A stretch of 64,000 nt of DNA, from IMG/VR virus record IMGVR_UViG_3300022902_000004, positions 62,268 through 126,267 of that record; one strand, written 5' to 3'. This document shows positions 52,155-60,203 of this stretch, piece after piece; the stretch's first letter is position 1, and every line of letters begins with the position of its first letter. The notes under the pieces were generated by a model. The model worked only from the letters and a program-made list of their open reading frames with translations. It was not told the origin of the DNA and made no database searches. The DNA is from a virus. Both the position numbers and the translations under genes were made by a program.

Positions 52155-53382
52155 TTTCCTCTAGCGCATCAGGATCGAGAGCTCCAAGCTCATCAGCAAG
52201 TGCTGTGACTTCTTCATATGAGTTCTCGTCGATTTCTATGTCGTGTGGGTTGATGATTGTTTTCACGTAAATCTTATCGAATAAATCGGCAAGGTATGGA
52301 CCATATTCGTCACTGTCCAGAAGTTTGTTGAATTTTGATTTGTAGAACTTCTTTTCAATAAGGACTTCACCGGTTTCTGTGTCGGTGACAATGAAATCTT
52401 TGCTTGCGCCGGCGCCGCTGACTGATATGGTTTTCCCATCAATGTCCTCTGGACCGTGTTTCCGCATCACATCAAAAACCTGCTCATGTTCAAAAATACC
52501 CTTACCAAAGTGGATTTCGAATTTGACTTTCCGGAAAGGCATGGCAACCTTGTTCTTGATTGTCTTTGCCCACACATGGATGCCGATGACATCACCGGAC
52601 TTGTCCTTGATTTGCTGACCGGCTCCCAGCCTAATCCTTACTGACGAGTGGAATGGAATCGCTGCTCCGCCGGGTGTTGTTGTCGGATCACCAAACATCA
52701 CACCGATTTTCGTTCTCGTCTGGTTTAGGCAAACGAGCAGAACATTTTGGCTGCCAATGATGCCGGTGATTTTCCGCATACCTTTTGAAATGGCTCGTGC
52801 CTGAAGCCCAATTGAGTTTTTGTCGTAGTCTCCGTCCAGCTCTTCTCGTGGTGAACAGGCAGCGACTGAGTCCCAAATTATTGTAATCGGCACATCTTTT
52901 TTCATGGCCTTGGCTTTCAAGATCGTTGACTCGGCAGTCTTCAAAACATCTTCTGTACAATGTTGGTCGACATACACGAATCGCTTTGAAATATCGATGC
53001 CCAACATTGCCAGGTTCTCAACTGATGTTGCGTTTTCGGTGTCAATATACACAGCCAACCCGCCCATCTCTTGGGTCGATCTTGCAATCTGCGTTGCGAT
53101 GTGTGATTTACCAATTGAAGGCGGACCGAAAATCTCAATGATACGACCTTCTGGAAGCCCACCGTTGCGACGGTTTGAAACCATATAATTGATCTGGCGG
53201 GAGCCAGTAGGAATCCACCGTTTCACATGTGTAGGTGAAGTCTCTGTACCCAAATTATATGCAACCTTTGAACCGAACTCCTTGTTCAGCGATGCGATTA
53301 GGTCTTTTGTAAAGTCCTCAGTTACTGCATCTTTCTTAGTTGCCCTCTTTTTCCTCGGCGTTGCTTTCTTTTTTACTACCAT
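52147..53382 (-). CDS. RecA/UvsX-family recombinase
   Basis: GGLPEGRIIEIFGPPSIGKSHIATQIA...AVYIDTENA matches the RecA Walker A region GRIVEIYGPESSGKTT...AFIDAEHA. Confidence 0.8.
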   Translation of the reverse strand: MVVKKKATPRKKRATKKDAVTEDFTKDLIASLNKEFGSKVAYNLGTETSPTHVKRWIPTGSRQINYMVSNRRNGGLPEGRIIEIFGPPSIGKSHIATQIARSTQEMGGLAVYIDTENATSVENLAMLGIDISKRFVYVDQHCTEDVLKTAESTILKAKAMKKDVPITIIWDSVAACSPREELDGDYDKNSIGLQARAISKGMRKITGIIGSQNVLLVCLNQTRTKIGVMFGDPTTTPGGAAIPFHSSVRIRLGAGQQIKDKSGDVIGIHVWAKTIKNKVAMPFRKVKFEIHFGKGIFEHEQVFDVMRKHGPEDIDGKTISVSGAGASKDFIVTDTETGEVLIEKKFYKSKFNKLLDSDEYGPYLADLFDKIYVKTIINPHDIEIDENSYEEVTALADELGALDPDALEEIV

Positions 53383-53427
53383 AATTTCCTCTATGTATGT
53401 ATATTAGTATTTTCCCCTCCAAAGAAC

Positions 53428-53461
53428 AAAGCGGGGATGACAATAATGCCGTCCCCGCTTT
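53428..53461 (-). terminator. candidate intrinsic terminator downstream of the SSB gene
   Basis: Perfect 10-bp stem AAAGCGGGGA / TCCCCGCTTT with a 14-nt loop. On the minus strand it is followed by UUUGUUCUUU. Coordinates may be off by 1 nt. Confidence 0.45.
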
Positions 53462-53482
53462 GTTGCTGATTTACACAGTCAT

Positions 53483-54268
53483 TTACATGTTGTCTAAATC
53501 AGCGAAAGCGTCGTCCAGCTCTTGGAATGTCGAAGGCTTAGCATCATCTGCTTTGTCCTCTGACTCTTCAGCTTTCTTTGGGGCATGACGTGGAGCCGAT
53601 GGCGCCTCGTCGTCTGGGTTCTCCAACCACGCGTTGATGATGTTTTCCAACTCATCGTAGCTCTTCAAGGTGAACAGGTCATCAAGATTCGGGATGCTGT
53701 CGAGCCATTCCTTCGCTTGCTTCTTGTCATCGCTCAACGGCGAACGAACAGGTCGTGCTCGAGGCGTCGTCTTTGCATACTGCTGACCAGCAGGCTGGGT
53801 CACAGTAACCTTGACATCAAATCCGTTCTTCGGGTCGGTAATATCGCCGAAGTCAGCATCCAACATTGTGGAAATCAAGTCCTGGTAAACCTGCTTTCCG
53901 AAGCCCCACAAACGAACGCCCTTGTCCTCTTCACCGCGGACGATGACTGGAACGTATGAACGCATTTTCGGGTATAGCTTCTTGCAAAGCTCGTAACCTT
54001 CCTTTGTGTCCTGGGCACGTAGCTTGTTGATTAGCTCCTGAATTGGGTCAGGCTTACCATACTGGTTCGGTGACAACAGGCCGCGATTGCTTCCGATGTT
54101 GTAGTAGAACCAAAGTTCTTTAAACGGTTGTCCGTCGTTGTCTGGGAAAGAGATGAGTCGTACAACGGACTCCTTACCCTTCTCAGGTCGCCAGAACGCA
54201 TTCTTTCGAGAGCCCTCACCATTCAATTGGGCCAACTTCTTCCGTAGTGCTTCTAAATTAACTGCCAT
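53483..54268 (-). CDS. gp32-like single-stranded DNA-binding protein
   Basis: LRKKLAQLNGEG resembles T4 gp32 LAAQMAKLNGNKG, and VVRLISFP resembles VIRFLPS. The acidic C-terminal tail ENPDDEAP... matches the gp32 ENPDD tail. GGAGG RBS 7 nt upstream. Confidence 0.7.
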   Translation of the reverse strand: MAVNLEALRKKLAQLNGEGSRKNAFWRPEKGKESVVRLISFPDNDGQPFKELWFYYNIGSNRGLLSPNQYGKPDPIQELINKLRAQDTKEGYELCKKLYPKMRSYVPVIVRGEEDKGVRLWGFGKQVYQDLISTMLDADFGDITDPKNGFDVKVTVTQPAGQQYAKTTPRARPVRSPLSDDKKQAKEWLDSIPNLDDLFTLKSYDELENIINAWLENPDDEAPSAPRHAPKKAEESEDKADDAKPSTFQELDDAFADLDNM

Positions 54269-54299
54269 CTTAAACCTCCAAGTTTATAAATTAGGCTTC

Positions 54300-54321
54300 C
54301 ACAATTTGTGATTTGTCAAAT
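54300..54321 (-). promoter_or_regulatory. two adjacent 11-bp palindromes in the SSB 5' leader (candidate translational/transcriptional operator)
   Basis: CACAATTTGTG followed directly by ATTTGTCAAAT about 30 nt upstream of the SSB start codon. Confidence 0.3.
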
Positions 54322-54365
54322 TTGTATGTTATATCTTATTGTTTTTGTTGCTGTTGTTCAAATAT

Positions 54366-54632
54366 TTATTTAGTGTTTGGTGCTTTTGCATTGCCACCGG
54401 ATGCCGCGACTGCGGACTTCTTGTTTGGGTACGTTGAGTCAGTACCTAACGGGGTCGTGACACCGGCTACACCAGCACACACGCTTTGCTCTTGGGCATC
54501 TTCTTCGTTCTCTGTCGATGCGTCTGGTTCTACAAGCAATTCAGTCGACGGATCGTCATCATCACCCTTATCATAGATTTCGTGCATCCACTTTACAACT
54601 TCCCAAAGGCTCTTTTTCATGTTCTTTTTCAT
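54366..54632 (-). CDS. hypothetical small acidic protein (88 aa)
   Basis: ORF in array. Confidence 0.3.
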   Translation of the reverse strand: MKKNMKKSLWEVVKWMHEIYDKGDDDDPSTELLVEPDASTENEEDAQEQSVCAGVAGVTTPLGTDSTYPNKKSAVAASGGNAKAPNTK

Positions 54633-54674
54633 ATATCTAAATATCCTGTTGCATTCGTTTCGACAACATCATAT

Positions 54675-55247
54675 TCACTTTTGTTTCATTTCGTTGAATG
54701 TTAATGTGCGGCACATTTGTAGCGCGCTGGCCAATGGTAGGTTCTCATTTGCATAAAACCGGTTCTCATCGTATTGAAATCCGGCTGATGTCAAGATTGC
54801 AACCCATTCATCCATTGTCACCTTGAATCCGTATTTCGCGATGTAGAATAGCGTCCTATGAGATGACGACATTTTTGGGCAGGCTTCGTTATATTTGTAG
54901 TTGCGATTCAACTTCTCACGATGCCAGTCCGATGTTTCTGTCACAAACAAGTCTGCATGCGGCCCGCCTACTCGACCCAACTCATGAAGCAAGGCAACCC
55001 GTACCAACGATCTGTGGTTGACGGCCTCGTGAAATATCTTCGTCTGTTTAGCTACATTTAGTGAAAACGATACCAACCCTCCTGGAATTCCGCCCAAATC
55101 TGGGGTTATGTCTCTCGGTGCAAGAAATAGTCTCTCTCCTAGGTCGGCTTCCATGCAATCAATTGCATCACTCGATTCGGGAAAGAACTTCTTGAGAAAG
55201 CTCAAATATTTTGCGTATGTTTGTTTTAGTTCTTCAAAGTTTTCCAT
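54675..55247 (-). CDS. HD-superfamily-like phosphohydrolase (divergent, HD to HE)
   Basis: RVALLHELGRVGGPHAD resembles the ALLHDLGK HD motif with E in place of D; 190 aa. Confidence 0.3.
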   Translation of the reverse strand: MENFEELKQTYAKYLSFLKKFFPESSDAIDCMEADLGERLFLAPRDITPDLGGIPGGLVSFSLNVAKQTKIFHEAVNHRSLVRVALLHELGRVGGPHADLFVTETSDWHREKLNRNYKYNEACPKMSSSHRTLFYIAKYGFKVTMDEWVAILTSAGFQYDENRFYANENLPLASALQMCRTLTFNEMKQK

Positions 55248-55282
55248 GATAGCATTATAGTCATATTATGGAATGTTTTCAA

Positions 55283-55813
55283 TTACTTTGCGTAAATTGT
55301 TGGTTTCGAAACCAGCTTGGCGTTGGCAAACCCGATGCCTTTATCGAGGTTCAAAATGCCACCGTTCTCTGCTGCGCGTAACGTAATAACAAGATACTTC
55401 GTTGCATCCCGTTGTTTCAAGTCTTCATCGAACGAGATGCTGAATCCTTCGACGTCTTGGCCTTTCGAGTTCTTCGTACGTGTTCTTTTGAAGTCGCCGT
55501 AAGCTTCTGCCATAATCTCGTTCGACCGAATTGCTTGCTGTAAAACGGAAACAGCTTTGATTGCATCCGTCTTACCTTCCGCTTTTTGAGTTACACCGAG
55601 ATCGCGTAATAGGCCTTTTGGGTCTGCTTCTGCTCGTCCTTTCGTAAACGCAATCTCCTTGGCGAAGGTACCGCCAGTGCCATACGCACCATGCCAGTCG
55701 ACCTTGCTCTTATTGGCTTTTGCTTCATGTAGAAAATCTTCGACCGCCTCTAAAAGCATCGCATCAAGTTTGTCGTTCATTGTATCACCTTTCCGCATAT
55801 AAATATCAAACAA
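55283..55813 (-). CDS. hypothetical protein (176 aa)
   Basis: ORF in array. Confidence 0.35.
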   Translation of the reverse strand: MFDIYMRKGDTMNDKLDAMLLEAVEDFLHEAKANKSKVDWHGAYGTGGTFAKEIAFTKGRAEADPKGLLRDLGVTQKAEGKTDAIKAVSVLQQAIRSNEIMAEAYGDFKRTRTKNSKGQDVEGFSISFDEDLKQRDATKYLVITLRAAENGGILNLDKGIGFANAKLVSKPTIYAK

Positions 55814-56921
55814 TAGCCAGCGTCGATGGAAACTTTATGTTTTCAAATTGTAATGCTGCCAACTCGGTTTTCAATGTTTCGATGTCACATTTTGGAATCT
55901 CAGCAATGAGGGCATCATGAATCACCAGCTGAGGCTTCATCGATGGCACTGCATCACATAACTTTGCAAATAACAGCACCGCCAACTCGGCCGCTGTCGA
56001 CTGAATGTAGTGGTTTACCCTTACTCTTTCAGTCTTTGTCGCATCATGCAGAGGTCGGCCGAAAAAATTCCTGACCATACCTTGTCTGGCTTGCTCTTCT
56101 AGCATCCCCTCTAAACTTGGTACATCAAAAAATGCCTTGACGTTTGCTACGACTGATGCCGCCTTACTTTTTGACTTCACCGTTTCTATGAGGCTACGCT
56201 CTGATGCCCCATACAACGCCGAAATTGTTGCAAGTTTTGCGATAGGACGAGTGGAAATATCACAGACATCCATAAGATACTCGTACACATCCATGTTCCC
56301 GATGTCATGTTGCAGCAACATTAGTGCAACTCGTGGCTCCATTGACGTAAAATCAATAATTGCGATATCCGAGTCACTTTTTGAAGCTCGGAGGGCTTTC
56401 CTTGACTTTGCTGGTGCAACAAGGAAATTCGGCCCCTTGGTAATCGTTAGCCTGCCGGTCGCCGAACCTGCTGTGGAGTATTTCACCCTTGGAAGAATTC
56501 CCGTCAAAATTGATGCCTTGAATGCATTTCCTTTCATAATTTGTGATTCTTGACGGATTGCGCTCCATGGCTTCGGCACTGTATAGATCCTATGCAAGCT
56601 GTCGAGGAAATCCCTAACCTGCAACCACGTCGACAAATACGTTTGATTTTCATCGAAACTCATCGCCTGCTTCATAGCCCGAAGTGACGCAGCCACAATT
56701 TCGTCGCGCTTCTTTTTTGCAATCATGACTGGCCACAATGATGAGTCGTTTGTAAGCGTGCTCGTCATGGCAAGCGTTTCATCGCCAACGAATTGGTACT
56801 TTTCATTGTCAACGATTGATAGGAACTCCTCAAGCATATCGAGAGTCAGAATCCCGTCAAGACCGTCTGCAACGTTGCCGACCCGAAGAAGATCATTTTT
56901 GACTTGAAGACATAAATCCAT
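55806..56921 (-). CDS. minimal family-A (Pol I-type) DNA polymerase, polymerase domain only
   Basis: KYSTAGSATGRLTITKGPNF (compare TATGRLSSTDPNLQNIP). Motif A is IAIIDFTSMEPRVALMLL (DYSQIELR), motif B RPIAKLATISALYGAS (RRxAKxxNFGxxYG), NHYIQSTAAEL (QGTAAD), motif C LVIHDALIAEIP (VHDE). 371 aa with no exonuclease domains. Confidence 0.7.
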   Translation of the reverse strand: MDLCLQVKNDLLRVGNVADGLDGILTLDMLEEFLSIVDNEKYQFVGDETLAMTSTLTNDSSLWPVMIAKKKRDEIVAASLRAMKQAMSFDENQTYLSTWLQVRDFLDSLHRIYTVPKPWSAIRQESQIMKGNAFKASILTGILPRVKYSTAGSATGRLTITKGPNFLVAPAKSRKALRASKSDSDIAIIDFTSMEPRVALMLLQHDIGNMDVYEYLMDVCDISTRPIAKLATISALYGASERSLIETVKSKSKAASVVANVKAFFDVPSLEGMLEEQARQGMVRNFFGRPLHDATKTERVRVNHYIQSTAAELAVLLFAKLCDAVPSMKPQLVIHDALIAEIPKCDIETLKTELAALQFENIKFPSTLAIV

Positions 56922-56952
56922 GTAGTAATATTAGCAAATTCATGCCGGGTTT

Positions 56953-59907
56953 TCAGGACTTTTTTCGTTTTGATGCATTTGCAATTTCGATTGTGACGAT
57001 CGTGTCTTCAATCTCGCTGTCAACATGAACAAATGATCCGAATGCATCTGTTTGAATCAAATCGACGTTCGTTTTGAACTCACCGCGGTTGATTGTATGG
57101 TTTACACTTGTCACGGCATAAAAATTGTCAGCCGATGTATTCGTACCCATGTCAACAAAAAACTTCTGTGCCATCCTGAAATATGGACAGCCAAACGTTT
57201 CAAGTCGCAACGTCGTCGGGTGAACCATCAGTGGTAACGACATATCTTCCTTGGCGCCGTTTCCGTCTTTTCCAGTTATTGCTTTTGTCAGTGCTATCGA
57301 TGTTAGCGCGTCGTTCTGTTGTGATGACAAATTTGCAGACAATATACCGGATGCTGCAGAGCCGTATATCAGACTCGGGGCAAACTCAAAAAACAGTTCC
57401 TTGATGTTGTTTTTTGCCTTTTTGAAATTGAAAACCTCAGTTGCGTTGAGTCGCTCCCTCAGCTCAGTTTCTTTCTTTGGCGGGAACGGGAGCTTGTCTG
57501 CCTTCGATATCCTTTTTATTTCCTCGATGATGTCATCAATTTTGCTTGTTCCACCAAGATGGTCAGCAAGCGAAGCAGTAAGCTTTCTGTCACGAAGTGT
57601 TTTGTATGTTGCCGCTGATGTTTCGCCATGGCGAGCACCTCTTTCATTCGCTGGACCGTTGAGCGAATCATTAACAAAATGGCCTAGCCTTGCGGCCTTA
57701 TTGAATGTGTCTATAATCGGCATAACCTGGCCGGCTGCGGCGTCGAAAAATGTCACCCGTGTGATGTTCTTTCCCGAGTTGTCGGAGCTTTTTCTGGTGA
57801 CAATATTCATCGTAACATGCGGCGGCCGGAATGTTGGCCTGATGCGTTTCATTTCATAAATGTTTCGCAGGTTTTCATGCAGTTTGTTATTGAACGATTT
57901 CCTATTGCCTTTTTTGCTTAGTATTCTATCAATATTTGCCCGGTAAACAGCTTTAAGGGTTTTATCATCTCGCTTATCAGGCTGATAGATATCGGACAAC
58001 CCATATGCACTACTTCCTTGGAACGATAAAAAGTACTTTTCTACGAACTGCAAGAGTTCATACGCCGAGATTTTCGTCTTCTTTTTTGCCTCTGCAACAA
58101 GGTACTTTCGCAAATCGTCGATATCGATTGGGAACTGTGAGATGTTGTGATCATACATCGCACCAGCAGAGCTATTAAATGGCGTGAAAATAAGCTGAAG
58201 ATCATTGTCCTGCGACGAGAACACCGGTGTCAAGAAATGTGTCATTAGCTTCCCGAACGAGATGTATGCTTGTTTTCCACGTTTTGATTTTTTGTTTTGG
58301 TTAAGCTTGCCGCCCTTGGTAAGATGTCCATCATTCAATTTTGATGATGTTACCCCACGCTTTGTTGGTCGAAGAAACGGATCAGGCGTTGACCGAAGGT
58401 AGTCGATGTGATCAGTGATGTTCTCTTTCACTGTTTTTTCTGCTCGATCCAGCAATGATTTCTTTCCACGAGACCGCACGCCGATGAGCTTTATAAGTTC
58501 GGTGTTGACGTCTTTTAGGCTTGTTCCTGATTTTCTTAGCTTCGCTGACGCTTTTTTTAGGGCTTTTTTATCCTTCGGGGTAAGGTTTAACACGTTTTCA
58601 GGACTTATGCCCATGACAATCTGGGGAATGCTCACGTTTGGCATCCTTTTTTGAATGTCTCTCATCTTTTTCTGGATTGCATGCATTACTGACATCACGC
58701 TAGCAACGCTTTCGCTGTCAGCGACACTTAGAATATCAGTTGCCGATGCGGCGCCAGTACCTACCATCGCCAAATCAACACTTACCGCAACTGTTCCATC
58801 ACTCTCAAATTCAAATGAGCTATTCGTTACAATATACGATTCTGATATCCGCATTGCATTTATCAAGTCTCCCATTTTTGTTTGAGATGCGTCAGCGCCC
58901 CTTTGCACAAACTGGCCGTCTGGGTGTGACCAGCCATACGTAATGTAGAACTGCACATTTCCTTTCCGCTGTGGTGAGACTAGTGGGGCAATATCCTGTA
59001 GCCGACCTCGATCGAATAGTTTCATATTCAATTTCGCGGATTTATGAGAAATCGTTCCAAACGCCGTTGGCACAATACTGATTTCTATTCCGTCGAGGCT
59101 CAAAAAGGGCCTAAACTTGTCAATCGGTCTCGATTCGCCTGGCTCATATGTTCTGTCGGCAGCCACCATAGTTTGCGGCGACGTAAAAACTTCCATTGAT
59201 GAAACAGCCTGCAGGTTTGATTGCTTGCTTGAGGCGAACGTGTCGGCTGTCCCAACCTTACCCAAAAATTTGCCACGGAGAGCCTTCTCTGATATTCCTG
59301 CACCTAAAAACTTACCAAGGGAAAAGTGTGCATCCTGGACGAAATTTCCAGTATCTTTATCGACGCCTGCATCCCCCACAGCCGATGATACAGTGATGTC
59401 AATATATGGCACTGCCCGAGACATTTCTAATGATGTCAAGTTACTCATAAACAGCGTGATGATTTCAGTGTCTGCAATGTCATGCCCTCGTGCCGCCGGG
59501 AAAACCTGGTATACGGTTGCTGCATTATCTGGCACCTTCGATGTTTGAATGACGTCCGTGTATATTCCGTAATGTTTTTCTTTTGGTTTTCCCCACCCCT
59601 GATCTTTGCCCGGCACGTTCAATACATCATCAGGAATACTACCTTGCTCATCTGCAGGAGTTACGCAAACATCAATTTTTGCATTTTTGCCATAACTGTT
59701 TAGCAGTTTGTAGATTTCAGCATCTGGCATAAACTCGACACCGTCGCCAAAAATCTCCTGAAAGAACATGTCCTTGCTGGTTTGACGTGCTGAACTTGCT
59801 GATTTCGCTGTCGAGTTTTCAATTGCAGACAGGAATGCGTCCTGTTCACGCAATCCAAAGTACCTCGCTAAGTCATTGTATATTTTTCTTGCTGTTCGAA
59901 CTGCCAT
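56953..59907 (-). CDS. large virion-associated (structural) protein, about 984 aa
   Basis: Long ORF. The track gives 56953..60015; start trimmed to the Met that abuts the stop of the upstream small gene. No enzymatic motif recognised; follows the LysM/gpX-like gene. Confidence 0.45.
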   Translation of the reverse strand: MAVRTARKIYNDLARYFGLREQDAFLSAIENSTAKSASSARQTSKDMFFQEIFGDGVEFMPDAEIYKLLNSYGKNAKIDVCVTPADEQGSIPDDVLNVPGKDQGWGKPKEKHYGIYTDVIQTSKVPDNAATVYQVFPAARGHDIADTEIITLFMSNLTSLEMSRAVPYIDITVSSAVGDAGVDKDTGNFVQDAHFSLGKFLGAGISEKALRGKFLGKVGTADTFASSKQSNLQAVSSMEVFTSPQTMVAADRTYEPGESRPIDKFRPFLSLDGIEISIVPTAFGTISHKSAKLNMKLFDRGRLQDIAPLVSPQRKGNVQFYITYGWSHPDGQFVQRGADASQTKMGDLINAMRISESYIVTNSSFEFESDGTVAVSVDLAMVGTGAASATDILSVADSESVASVMSVMHAIQKKMRDIQKRMPNVSIPQIVMGISPENVLNLTPKDKKALKKASAKLRKSGTSLKDVNTELIKLIGVRSRGKKSLLDRAEKTVKENITDHIDYLRSTPDPFLRPTKRGVTSSKLNDGHLTKGGKLNQNKKSKRGKQAYISFGKLMTHFLTPVFSSQDNDLQLIFTPFNSSAGAMYDHNISQFPIDIDDLRKYLVAEAKKKTKISAYELLQFVEKYFLSFQGSSAYGLSDIYQPDKRDDKTLKAVYRANIDRILSKKGNRKSFNNKLHENLRNIYEMKRIRPTFRPPHVTMNIVTRKSSDNSGKNITRVTFFDAAAGQVMPIIDTFNKAARLGHFVNDSLNGPANERGARHGETSAATYKTLRDRKLTASLADHLGGTSKIDDIIEEIKRISKADKLPFPPKKETELRERLNATEVFNFKKAKNNIKELFFEFAPSLIYGSAASGILSANLSSQQNDALTSIALTKAITGKDGNGAKEDMSLPLMVHPTTLRLETFGCPYFRMAQKFFVDMGTNTSADNFYAVTSVNHTINRGEFKTNVDLIQTDAFGSFVHVDSEIEDTIVTIEIANASKRKKS

Positions 59908-60203
59908 TAGATTACCTCTAAAACCGCGTTGAGATCGCTTGGGATTACGATCCGAGTGCCGGCTGGTGCCTGGAGCCACCAACCTATACCAGATGCTGCA
60001 GCAATAATCCACCATAACCTGCCGTCTCCATAATTATGATTTGCAATTACGTCGAGACGTTGAGCGCCCCTTAGCACTGTTGTTGTCGTTTGTATCCTGC
60101 CAGTTGAGATCGCGTTTCTGAGTTTTATTATTGCATCGTTTGTTCCTAAAAGTTTGCCTGACATTACCAGCTTGTCATTTTCATATCTGTTTATTGATGC
60201 CAT
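59907..60203 (-). CDS. small tail/baseplate assembly protein, LysM/gpX-like (tentative)
   Basis: 98 aa; the C-terminal LQAPAGTRIVIPSDLNAVL resembles the LysM-like tail protein X of P2-type myophages. Sits between two >980 aa ORFs. Confidence 0.3.
   Translation of the reverse strand: MASINRYENDKLVMSGKLLGTNDAIIKLRNAISTGRIQTTTTVLRGAQRLDVIANHNYGDGRLWWIIAAASGIGWWLQAPAGTRIVIPSDLNAVLEVI

Noticed and set aside
54675-56921. Possibility that the MazG, HD-like hydrolase and family-A polymerase mark a Z-genome (2-aminoadenine) cluster (MazZ/DatZ/DpoZ)
   Set aside because: No PurZ/adenylosuccinate-synthetase-like ORF (GDEGKGK P-loop) is present in the window. The Pol A is only 371 aa and lacks an exonuclease domain, unlike DpoZ. 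The idea is kept only as a note that nucleotide-pool editing enzymes exist.
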